Positions 37,700 to 49,143 of a DNA stretch of 64,000 nucleotides are shown here, one piece after another; the first letter of the stretch is position 1, and the number at the start of each line of letters is the position of its first letter. The position numbers were made by a program, and so were the translations under genes. Under the pieces are notes generated by a model. It was not told where the DNA came from, ran no database searches, and saw only the letters and a list, made by a program, of their open reading frames with translations. This DNA comes from Paraspadella gotoi (taxonomy: Eukaryota; Animalia; Chaetognatha). Location: contig CM119264.1 in assembly GCA_051294375.1 (NCBI GenBank), forward strand, positions 10,701,832 through 10,765,831. Direction: 5' to 3'.

Positions 37700-38920
37700 C
37701 TGGACTGGTCCCTATATAGGAAAAGAAGGGTTATTAATCGATCGAAACTAATCAAATTAAAATCGTTTTCATACCTCGCGCTAAAACCCGGACGTCATGT
37801 CCTCGGGTCTGGCGACTTAAACCTTTTTTCTCGTCCGGAGTCACGTGTTCACCTTTTGTTTCTTTTCACTCGCGAGCGTGAATCATCCACTTTTTTTTTG
37901 CGTGAATCGTTAAAAACCGCGCGGCCCGTTTCACATCACGATCTTTCTTTCTCGTTTTTGACTTAATTCAATTTAATTCTTCAGAGAAAGAGAGTGTGTG
38001 TGTATTTGTCTGTGTGAGAGAGAGAGCGAGCGGATCGGTTGGTTATTAGCGGGAACTCGGAATCATATGCGTTTCGCTTGGATTTTTTTTTCTTTTTTGT
38101 GTCGCTGAAAAAAGATGCTAATGATGATGACGACGACGACTGAAAAAAAAAATCAGAAAAATTGCACGAAAACTTTTTCCAAGTTTCGAACGAAGGAAAT
38201 TCCTCACTTTCTGACTCCTCTCCCTCTATCTTCTCTTTGTATAACAAATCTTTAGGCGTCTCTCACCCTTTCCTATCACCCTTCTTCATCCCTTTGTCTT
38301 AACCCATCAATACCCCCTTTTCTTCTTTCGGCGCCCGAGGCTTCAAGACACGGTCACGTGTTGGCGCCCAGCGCCCCGGGGGTTTACTCTATCACGTGAT
38401 CTCACGATGTTTGTTTGATAAACAAAAGCCAAGGGTAAGAGAAAGAACGAAGGATGGAAAGTGGTCGTTTTTTTTTTTTTTTGTCTTCGATGTTCGATAA
38501 AAAAAGACGAAATCATGTATATATTCTATCGATCGTCCGACAATCGATAAATTTGCTAAAATTCCGAAATATCACAAACTCCGCCGGATTTTTGGACAAA
38601 TGTGGGCTTTTTTTTTTCCGAACCGACCGCGACTCAACTCAGCCCTTCCAGTTTTGGAAACACAGTTTGAGCGAAAAAAAAAAAATACCCCTCATTTTAT
38701 CCAATTTTCTCTGTCAGTTTCGTGTTTCTCTTTCTTTCCTTTCCTTTCTCAAAGCGAAAATCGTCGTCACGCCAACTCACTTTTTCGTTTGGAAAAATTC
38801 TTTTAGGGTAAAAATAAAGAAAAGTCGAACTGATTCGTTGTAACGAAGACCGCGAAAGAAAAAAAGAACAAAAAGTTCTGTCGTTTTTAAGAAAAACGAC
38901 AACGTTGACGGGAATTCGTC
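37700..38920 (+). promoter_or_regulatory. Putative internal promoter of a short RIPOR isoform
   Basis: CACGTG E-boxes at ~37842, ~38355 (gtcacgtg) and ~38393 (atcacgtgat), and a TATA-like cctatatagg at ~37710. All lie upstream of an ATG-containing mini-exon. Confidence 0.35.
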
Positions 38921-38941
38921 ATGGATAATAACGATGACGAG
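38921..38941 (+). CDS. Candidate alternative first coding exon of RIPOR (MDNNDDE)
   Basis: gtcATGG context, 7 codons, and a strong phase-0 donor gag|gtgaga compatible with the exon at 39611. Confidence 0.6.
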
Positions 38942-39610
38942 GTGAGAATGATGTTTCCTGCCTCTTCACTTTTCTTTACAGCTCGGTGAATTGTTTTAAA
39001 AACTGTGAAAGCGTGAAACTGATTTTTTTTCGGGTTTTTTTTTTTCTAACAACTAAGTTTAAAAGTCGACTCGGTTCTTTTTTTCTTTTTTCCATAACTA
39101 GCTCTCTTTCCCATCTTCTCAGTTTTAAACACGAGACACATAATTATCTGTTACACTTCAGTGAAACTGCAGTTTTACTATCTTTCGGCGCTGAAGTATT
39201 TTATTGATCTTCGCTCGAAATATTCTTGGCTCTAAACGCTTTAACTTTAAGCTAAGGGGATTGAAAGGGTTTTTTATGCACGATGCTGAATTCAATTTTA
39301 TTTAGAAGAAATCTTTACCAGTCGAATCTTTGTTTCGTCGAATCGCGGACTTGATTCATTTTTGGGATAACCAAATAAAAAATTGTTTAATCAAGAATTA
39401 GACATTCGGTTCCAAACTGACAACCTACTCGGTTTCATAATGATTTAATTCATAAATTAACAACCGCAGCTATTTCTAAATAAAATGTTCGTGGCGGCCC
39501 TCGGGATATACGATTGTCTTATATCAAACTTTTATATAGGAACCGTTATGATACTTTTATGATACCCTTATGATACCCTTATGATAAAAAGAGTCTACTT
39601 TGATCGCTAG

Positions 39611-42600
39611 GGATTTCGGTCTCCGTCGATGCATCGAAAGCCTCAACAATCGACCCAAAAGGGGAACAAAAATGGACCTAAGCTGCCGAGGACCCCGCGA
39701 CCGGCGAGGACGCAGACAGTTTTCGAGAGTCTCGCCAAGGGCGTCAGGTTGGTGACAGGAAAATCTTTATAAAAACGACAACCATTATATTGGTTATATT
39801 TAATTTGTAAGGATGAATAAGTGTATTTTCCTATTTATTTTCTTACATCCTTATTTAATTAGTTATTCATTTCCTTAAATAGAGATTGCATTTCTCACAC
39901 GCGGGAGGAGATCGACCGACTGACCATCTGCCAAGATTCTGCTGATCAGGCAAGTCTACAATTTTCAGAATAGCGTTTTTTTACAAATTTCTTTGAAGCA
40001 GTAAATTAATAGTAAAAATGTATTTTGTTTTCCTGTCCAGGGGAAGAATTACAACAGAGAAAAGGTGAGCCAAACGTTTCATTGTTTAAAATCTTATAAA
40101 ACTGTGTATAATGCTGTTAATAAATTAAAACAATCCTCTGCCTCCAGCAAATAAAGAATCACGAACGCTACGTGAAGCGCCTCGAGTTCCATCTATCGAC
40201 GATCGAGGAACTTTACGATTCCTACGATCTCCACCGCAAATTGAGAGAGGGCGTTCGCAACATGGCTCAGGTGGGGTCAGCTGCCTTGAACTCGGGTGTG
40301 TCTGAAAATTTATGACGATTTATGTTGATATGATTTGGTAAATTTGATATTCATTTCGAAGTTTGTGAAAATTATTAAACTTTGAAAGGATTTATTGTCT
40401 GTTGTTTGAGAAAAAATTTTTTTCATCTACTGCCCTGTTATTTTTAAGATTTTCTATAGTTCTCTATTATTTAAAATTTTACCCAAATTTTCAAGTAAGA
40501 AACGGGATTTGAAATTAAAACTAACTGGCAGAAATCTATTGTATAACGCGTTTGCTTTTTCACTATTCAACTTCAAGTCTCTTCGCCGCGAACCTAAGCG
40601 TTGGTTCAGTTTACGACGCTCCTCTTCGATGGTGACCGACGTAGTATGACAAATAAATGGATATCATTTTCGTAATTAGATTTATTAGTATCACAACAAC
40701 AACAACAAGAACACGCGGCGCTTATTTTAGCATAGAAGATTAATAAAAAAAATTTTTCACGCGGTAGCCGAAACCTGGTGGCCTCTCATTTTTTTTTTTC
40801 TTCGATAAAATCGAGAATATGACAATTAATCGAATTAATAGATGATGTCGAATTGTGTTTCCCATTGAGCTCACACTCATAAAGCCGTCGGCGCTGGTGG
40901 TGGTGATTTTATTAGATCAATTGACGTCATAAGTGATTAATCCCTAGTGGTGAAAATCGATGTATATTTTTTTGTACGGCTAGATCCGCATATTTACTTA
41001 AAATGATCATGGGTTTAAAAGTTGTTTTGTTAGTTTTACTCTGATCAATTATCTCGTCATTGCTTCAGGCTTACGTGACGTCACCGGGCACCAAATCGCA
41101 GAAAGAATCTCTGCTCAACGTTAAAAGCGGCTTCAAAGAATGCACGCAGACAATGTGCGCCATCGAGGCACAATTGGAGAACATGATGGGCTCCTTTCAC
41201 CTCAGCATGAAAGGCATTCAGGGTTACGCCAGGTGCGTGGATGATAATTGATGATAGGGGTCACCCAGGGTAAAAAGCTAAAGTTTGTCTCGTCATTAAT
41301 TGGTTTAGCAGGTGCACTAATTTTTCTTAGGTTCGTTTTGTGTTTTTATTCTTTTTAAATATTAATCTTAGAGTACATCTGTGTTTATTTAATGAAATAA
41401 AAGGGTTTTTTATTGTCCGATTTCGATTTTTCTCAAGTCAATTAATGCATTTATTTTATAGGCTTTGTCCCGGTGACGTATTCGAGGTGACGATGAAGTA
41501 CGGACCTCAAAAGTGGAAGACGAAATGCAAATTGGGAAAGGATTTGATTCAGTCTTTCGATTCTCAAACGGCGACCTTCAAAGCGCTTTTAGGTGATGGT
41601 TCAATGTGTACTTGCTGTTTCCAGAATGCGTATACGATGTCAGACGTTATTGATAAATAATTAGAGCCACCCACACAATATCCGTTTTATAATTTTACTT
41701 GCAGGCGAAGCGATCAGCATAAAAACTCTGGAGGTTAAAAACCTGGCCAAATCGGTGCTGCTCGGATTGAAGCATTGCGAAACAAAAGATCTATTCAGCG
41801 CTCACGCTCAGATCATGACCGTCAACATGAACGTCAACGGTAGCCTCAAACTCAGCGTCGTTATTTCCTGGAAGTGAGTGTCAATATTGTTAATTTTTAG
41901 TTAACAATCTACGTAAATTAACCTGAAAGTAATTAAAAGTTTGACCGAAAATATTTTTTATCGTAAAAAGAAAAATGGACATTGAAAAATGTTTATTTGC
42001 CTAATTGGGCTTCAAATAATCGGGGCCCAACGTCAATTTCTAGTCATGACCCTATCAAACTGTTTTCCTACTGCCACGGATTTGTATGAACCTCGGAACA
42101 CCCGCGTGGTTGAATGTTTAATCATTGACGATGTTGAGTGATAAGAAACGATAACCTTCTTTCTCGTTTACAACGAACGAGGTTTATCTTTCCAAGTTTT
42201 TTGTGGCAGTTTATATGCGATAGAACTCTTTTTCTGAATATTTTGTATCCTTAACGGATGATGTCGGATAAAAAGCTAGTACTGATTAACAATCTAAATG
42301 AGTTTAGACTTAAATTTAATATTGACTATCTCTTTGCCCCCCCCCCTCTAAGTCCCCTAGAGGGTTTCGATGATACACTCACTTTCCCGACGCCGTCGAC
42401 CAACCATAAATCCGGCGTCGGTTCGGCCGAAAGACGCCGCCCCTCATCGTCGGCATCGATGGCGCCCTCTCTAGGGTCGTCGCCGTCCCCGCGGCCTAGT
42501 CATAACCCGTTTCCGATGGGCGTGGCCGATTATTACGGATCCTCGCGTCAGCCACGCGACTCCGTCTCCAACAACGACTCGGCGTCGCTGTGCGACACTT

Positions 42601-45600
42601 CGATCGCCTCCGCGACGCCGACGTCGCCGCGATCGCCCTCCTTCGGTTCTCCACCGACGCCCAGCGCCTCCAGGGCTTCGTTCGGCGTCGTCAGTCCCTA
42701 CGCTCCGGGCGGCGTTTACGGCGGCGCCGGTCATTACTCTAGCGGCGTCGTTCGATCACCGACGACGCCGGTTCAGACGAGGGACGCCGAGACGCCGTCC
42801 ATGACTCGGTCGACGTCGGCCCCTTTCGGCGCGCTCCGCCAAGATTATCTCGCCGCTAGGGGAATATCGATGCCGAGCGGCGACAACGCGACGCCGACGA
42901 TGCCGCAAATTTTGACGCCGCCGCCGCTGGCCAACGATGCGGAGATGAGACGGGGAGAGAAGAAAGGAAAGAGCAAAGAGGAAAATGCGAACAACAAAAT
43001 GGAGAAGTACGTGGGATTGCATTGTCCCCATTGATCGATCGCATTATTTGAATTTGCTGTGTTAATTTAAAATCCAATTAAATCGTTGCAAAATAAAGTT
43101 AAGAACAAAAATATTATTAAAAAAATTTTCTAAAAGTTTTCATTCATAATAAAAAAAATTTGTTTGAAAAATTTCAAGATTACTTTTATATTATTTTATA
43201 ATGTAATGGGGAGAGGGATGTTGGTGTTGTCTTCTGGAAATACACAAAGTAAAAAGTAACTTTCTGCCCTAGTTTTCTAACTAAGTATTAGACACCATTC
43301 TTGTTAAAAAGTCATTTATTGAACATTCAAAATATCTAAAAGTCTGTACGTTTTAAGTGAGTTTTCCTAAAATAATAAAAAAAATCTCCATTTCAGCCAC
43401 CGACTCTTCGACTCTAAATATCTGAACAACTCTCTCCTCTCCCTGAGCCGCCCTTCGGAGCAGCAGCCCGCCGGGATCGACGAGGCGCTGCAGAATCTCT
43501 CCTCCACTCTCGAGGATTACAGAGGACAGTGGCCGGAGCTGCGGGAGCTGGAGCTTCAAGTCGGCTGCATCGAGGAGGCTCTGAGAGGGGTGAGTAAGAG
43601 TGCAAGGGTTGAAAGACGGAAATCCGTTCAGAGTCTTACGTATCTGTTTCCTCTTATATTTTTCACCTCTTGAGTCTTGCCGCGAACAAAGGACCTCCTA
43701 AAAGGACTTACCAGTTACCATAGGCCTTATCCGTTTTAGTTCTACCAATAGTAAATCGCCTGTCCTTCTAGGCCTCACCTTCGCTGCCTTACCTTAACCG
43801 ACCATCGTCTCTCTCCTCCGGCGAGGAGGTCAACCTTACTGTCGAGACCGCGCTCGAGGCCTTCGACTTTCTGAACTGCGAGGAGGAGGAAGAGGAGGAG
43901 GAGGGGGGCGAGTCCGAGGGACGAGTTCGGATCGGCGGGCACCGCGAGTCCGGCCAACAGGTTTATAAATAATAATATATATTAAATTTAATTTAATATA
44001 TATAATATTAATCTATTTTGATAACGAATCATCGACTGACCTTTTTGCCACATCGCAGTGACGTCGGTGCAGGATCGATCAGCTCGAGACCGCGTCGCGA
44101 CTCCCGCGGCGACGGCAACGCGTCAGCCGTCATCAGTCCCTAGAAAGAACGGCGCTCCACCGCGGCAGCAGCGGCGTCGGCGCACCCCGCGGCGGCAGCG
44201 GCGGGGCTAGAGTCGGCGTCGGTGGCGCCCGTCTTCGCGTGACTGAAGCGTCCCCGATGAGAAGGGAGGACGGAAAAATCACGGGCGTCGCAGAAGGAAC
44301 TGATGACGTCGACTGTGGACAGCGGAGTGGAATCGCTCGCCGCGGCCGGAAAGCGTTTGCAGGTTTGTCGCAGAATGTAGGGATCGAAAGTGGAAATGAT
44401 GTAGAAAATTGAATGATGAAATATTAAGATTTACATTTTCAAAATTCAGGATAGCTACGACGAAAACCACGATTCGGACCTCGACCATAATCATCATCCA
44501 AGCAACACCAGTATTCCAACTTCCTCACCCTTGCCTCCTTCGACTGGCATTGAGCAGGTGAGAATTGATTGGAAATATGAGAGAGAGAGAGAAAGAGAGA
44601 TTTTTATCATAGCACAATGACTTCAGGTCGACAAAGCGCTTCTCCATCATCTCGTTTACTGCGAACGTCTGATGGAGAACCTCGGCGCCTTCGGGCCGCT
44701 AAAATGCCGCGAAATCTTTGCCCTCGAACGCCTCGCTAAACAGGCGGAGGTGCTGCGTCGACTGCTGCAGCTAGTTCACGAGTTTCAACAGCAACAGAAT
44801 CAAAAACTGAACGACAGGAGCGGCAAGACGCCCGCGCTACTTCCAGAAACAATTCTCGGTGAGCATGATGGCATTTTTTAAATTTCTTTTTATTTAGTTT
44901 AACATAAGCATATTTTAATTTTACAGACAAGGCTCTGCAAGATCTATTTTCTTCCGAGGAGGTACGTCAGTTTTGGCGTCGTTGCTCTCATAACACGGTG
45001 GATGGCGCTACTCTCGAAAACGAGGGTGCCTCTCCTCGCGACAGTGGCGCCACATCTCTCGGAGAAAACGAAACCGCAGATTCTAATAGCGTAAAGCTGG
45101 TAGTTACGGTTGACGCCTTCGCCGAACAGTTGGACCGGTGAGATTTAGAAAGTAGGCAATGACGTAACTCATATTGGGGATGTCTAGTTATTAACATATT
45201 GGCGAGCGCGGGGTTCAATAACATTTTATATAATAAAAGAAACAAACTTTTTTGAATTTCCAGGCAATTCGGCGAATGTGTTAGAGGTGCTTTTCCCTCT
45301 GTGAGCCACCGGGTGTTCTCCGAATCTTTGGCCCGCATTCTCGACCTGCCGATTGTTCATTTGTTGCCCAACGCCGGCTCGTGCGCCGCCGACGGGAATT
45401 CGGGAAAGCCAATTTCTAACAAAAGACATACGTCGTTCGTAACGGCTTATCAGTTTGCCGAGTTTCTCAAGGATTTCGAAAAGGTGGCGATGCCTCTCAG
45501 TGGCGCCGTACACAAATTAGGAGCGGAGCGTAAGTTTAAGAAAAAAAATCGATAGTACCGTTTTCGCGGTCAACTTCAAACATTTCCTTCGATGCAGTGG

Positions 45601-47219
45601 GCTCCGCTCGTAACTTGATGACCTCCAACCCCGACCTCATAATCAAAGAGCTCGTGCGTTTCCGCGAAAATCTCGAGGCGAACCCACCAACCCTACCTCC
45701 GCCATCTTGCCTAAAGGCCCTCTCCCTCATCTTCCTCAATCCTAGTCACTACCACTCGGAAATTTTACAATCAGTCGGTTGGTAGAAATGCATTCGCTTT
45801 TGACCAAAGAATGTCGCCGCCTAAAACTGCTGACTTAAAAGTTGTTCATTGTTTTCAGACACGTTCGTGAAATTAATCAACAACTCTCGGTCCAAGCGAG
45901 AGGAGGCCATTTTGGTTTTCATCGAAGCTTTGGAGGATAATTCCGATTCAGGTGAGTGACTCGGTCAAGTCCTTTGTTCATAAACTATAATATCGCTACT
46001 TTTTCAAACATACCGCTAACCCGATCTACATTGTAAAGAGGGAAATGGGCCCAATAGTCAATAGTAATTTACTAAGCGATTCAAGCCATATCCATACCTA
46101 TGCAATGGCCGTTTTAACCACCGGATCCAAAGTTGCCGAATGTAATGGTGTTGCATTCCAAAAATACACCGAGCTAAAAAAAATCTGCTCATACTTTTTN
46201 NNNNNNNNNTCCAAAAATACACCGAGCTAAAAAAAAACTCTGCTCATACTTTTTCCAATCCAGACTTTCGCGCTGCCGCTTGCATCTGCCTCTCTCGTCT
46301 CGGCGCCAAAGAATCTTCGGACAGACTGGTTTATTTGTGCCAGACTGATTCGTCGTTGGACGTCAGGGCCAAAGCCAAGGAAGCCCTGCTCTCGTTCGGT
46401 GAGAGACTCATTCTTTCAACTTCTTTTTCGTACTTTCTTTTCTTATCTATGACTTTCTTTTCTCCTTTTTTTTTATTTTCCTTTTGTTTATTTTTTCTTG
46501 ATTTTTCTTTTTTCACTGTTCTTTTCCTTCCTTTTCCTTCTCCCTCTGTTTACTCCCTTTTTTTACCACCGACGCTTTTCCTTTTCTTTCTTTTCCGTAC
46601 CTTCTCCTCCTCACCCGTTTTTCAAAGCCGCTTTGAAATTGATCCTCTTCCTCCCACTTTCTCACATAGGCTCCAGCAATTGTGTAATTCTCTAGGTACG
46701 ACCGTCGAGTTGTTTTGATTATCTTTCTACGTGTGCTTCCCCCTTCCCCCCTTAACTCCCGATTCGTGTGCACTGTGCGGTTCAACTTGCGGTTTTTTTG
46801 TTTTGTTTTTTTTTTTGCCGGGGCCATAAACTCCATACATAAAATGCAATGCATAGCGTTAATATTAATGGCATTGCAGCTAAAAGCTTTGACGGGATGC
46901 TCTTTTTTTTTCCTTTTTTTTTAGTACTCACACCAGAGTCGTAGATCGCGCTTTATTTAATAATTGCCACGTTTTAAATTGAAATTTACTGTGGAAACTA
47001 TGTTGAACAATGTTTAATTTTTATAGCATATCATTTTTGAATATTTATATATTTTTATATGATAAATACATAATTCGTTACGCCGTTTCCACAGGAAAAA
47101 CGATTTTCAGCCATTGTCCTTGAAATATTTTTTCCCATTTTTTTTTAGGCGAGGAAGGAAGGCGAGCGTTCGAGGAAACCCGCCTCTCTGCTCATGGGTT
47201 CCAAGGCATAAAACTCTGA
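39611..47219 (+). CDS. RIPOR: RIPOR/FAM65-family Rho-interacting cell-polarization regulator (PL48 domain, central S/P-rich region, C-terminal HEAT/ARM-like repeats)
   Basis: Exons 39611-39747, 39883-39949, 40041-40064, 40148-40270, 41069-41232, 41462-41592, 41705-41873, 42353-43006, 43397-43589, 43772-43960, ~44059-44362 (frame disturbed), 44450-44557, 44627-44858, 44927-45138, 45264-45529, 45598-45777, 45859-45951, 46264-46398, 47149-47219. Family motifs: QIKNHERYVKRLEFH, MKGIQGYARLCPGDVFEV.MKYG.QKWK, LEDYRGQWPEL, LTVETALEAFDFLN, HHLVYC.RL..NLGAFGPLKC.E..ALERL, and LVYLCQTD...VR..AKEALLSFGEEGRRAFEE. Confidence 0.92.
46670..46695 (+). CDS. Candidate stop-containing micro-exon giving RIPOR a C-terminal CaaX box (..LSF-GSSNCVIL*)
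   Basis: Acceptor cctcttcctcccactttctcacatag|, phase 1 like the upstream donor at 46398. It reads gc tcc agc aat tgt gta att ctc tag and is immediately followed by a donor-like |gtacga. Confidence 0.6.
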
Positions 47220-47268
47220 GAAAAAAATATCGAGAAGAATCTCCTCGCTCAAAGGGTTCCTTAAAAAA

Positions 47269-47337
<69 letters not shown>

Positions 47338-48287
47338 CCCAAGAAGAAAAACTGTCGAGAGGGACAACGCGAGATCGGGACACGCCTCTCCTTCGCCGGT
47401 TCCATGGAATCCAACTGACGTCAACAAAAAAAAGTGGAATTCCAGTCTGGACGCCATCTGTAGCGTGAGAAGTCCGTCTGTGATCCGTCTGTGGCGCGTA
47501 TTGAGTTTCAGACGGAAGAGAAAACCATTTCTCTATTTTTTTTCCTCAAAAAAAAAAAAAGAAAGTTGAGAAAGAGCGAATGTCGTCATCCGCTCATCCG
47601 CTTTCTTTCTCTGTCTTCGGGATCGGGTTGTGTCAGCGACACTCCTCAGTAGTGTAGTATTATGTTGATCTTTGGATCGAGTTGCATGGCTTATTCGAAA
47701 TGTATTTTATTATCGACTTCAAGAAGTTATTTTGATGTATAAACAAAATCCAAAACGCGTCTTAACTATTTTAGCTTTTTTGTCGTTTTGTTCTCGTTTG
47801 TTATTAGATTAATCAGATCGCTATCTTCGTTATTTTTTTTCCCCCCCGAATTTAATTAACTTCGTTATTGTATTGACTGTACAATTACTGTCGCACAAAA
47901 TTTATTCGGATTAACATTAGAATTTTTCGCCAAATGTCGTCTATTTGCTTCAAGACAAAAAAATGTATTACGTTATGAATCAGAAGAAAGTAGGCACAAG
48001 TATTTGCCACGAGCCCGTCGATGAAGCGAGAGCCGCAAACTAAATCCAACTTAAGTAAAATAAGGGCAAGCAAATAAAAAAAAAAACTCTCAAAGGATCA
48101 TATGTAAAACAAAAACCGTTATCTTTTCCGTTGGACATTATTATGTTATGGTTTTCCAATATCAGAGGCAAACATATTTCCCCCCCCCGGCCCCCCACGT
48201 TTTCCTTTCACGCAATATGTATTCAAAGAGTTTTCCCTATCTACTTAACCTGATGCTTTTTCTGCCACCATTAATCCTCTCTGCACC

Positions 48288-49143
48288 TCACCACCCCTTA
48301 CCACCTTCTCCCCTCTTCCCCAACCCCCCGACGAAAGCCAAAGGATCCACGTCCACTATTTCGTCGCCTCGTTCTTTGCAAACGTCGATGTCCTTGAATC
48401 TCTTTAACAACTTGATCGCCGAAGTAGAGACTTCGTCCTCCTTTCTCAGGCAGAGAGGAAATCTCACCATCCGGCGCTTTCGTCCCGACGAAGCGTTGGG
48501 TGACCACTGGCGTCGCTCGTTCGGCGATGCGTCTCCGTTGTCGTTCCCCCGCTTTCCCAATCCGCCGGCGTATCTGAGTTGGTCGAGTCTGTCGTTGCGC
48601 TTTTGTCCCAAACTACTTGTCGATGCCTCTTGAAATCGTTTCTTCATCCCCAACCAGTTGAAGATGGCGTGCGCGTCATACGGCGTCTTCATGTTGAATC
48701 CGCTGACCACGTGAAGGTTCTGTTGATTCTGAAGGTCCTGCGGATTCTCTAGCTCCTTGAGGTCCTGCGGCTCCTTTATTTTCTGTCGATCCCTAAAGTT
48801 CAGTCGCCCCTTAAAACATTTTCGTCTTCCGAAGCCTCTGGGCAGCCCAAAATTTCGTATTCGTTTTTTCCTTCCTAAGCCGGAGAGCAAGCCCAGTTCG
48901 TCGAACTTTTTCCTTCTGCCCAACCAGGCTTGGAGTTCTGGCTGTTGATGACCCTTCTCAAAAAGCCTTTCCCATCTTCCCGATCCGAAGAGGCTCGTCT
49001 CTCGCCATGGATGAGACGTGAGGCGGTCAAGTTCTTCGAGCGTCTCCAATGTTGGCGTCCGGAGCGGAAACTCTCTTTGACACAGCAAAAACTTGGGGCA
49101 AGTCTCCCACTAGCCAATCATGGCTGAGGATCGCCTGATTGAT
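48288..49143 (-). CDS. Neuropeptide precursor, allatostatin-A/buccalin-like (multiple x-GL-G-KR amidated peptides); 5' end unresolved
   Basis: The 266-aa ORF has repeated Gly + basic cleavage sites: FDELGLLSGL-GRKKR, IRNFGLPRGF-GRRK, NDRLDQLRYAGGL-GKR and VDVDPLAFVGGL-GKR. These resemble Aplysia buccalins (GMDSLAFSGGLa, GLDRYGFVGGLa). There is an acceptor ttcag before 49143 and an upstream donor aag|gtaagt at 49443. Confidence 0.75.

Noticed and set aside
47208-47219. RIPOR C-terminus IKL as a peroxisomal PTS1
   Set aside because: Ile at position -3 is non-canonical and there is no supporting context.
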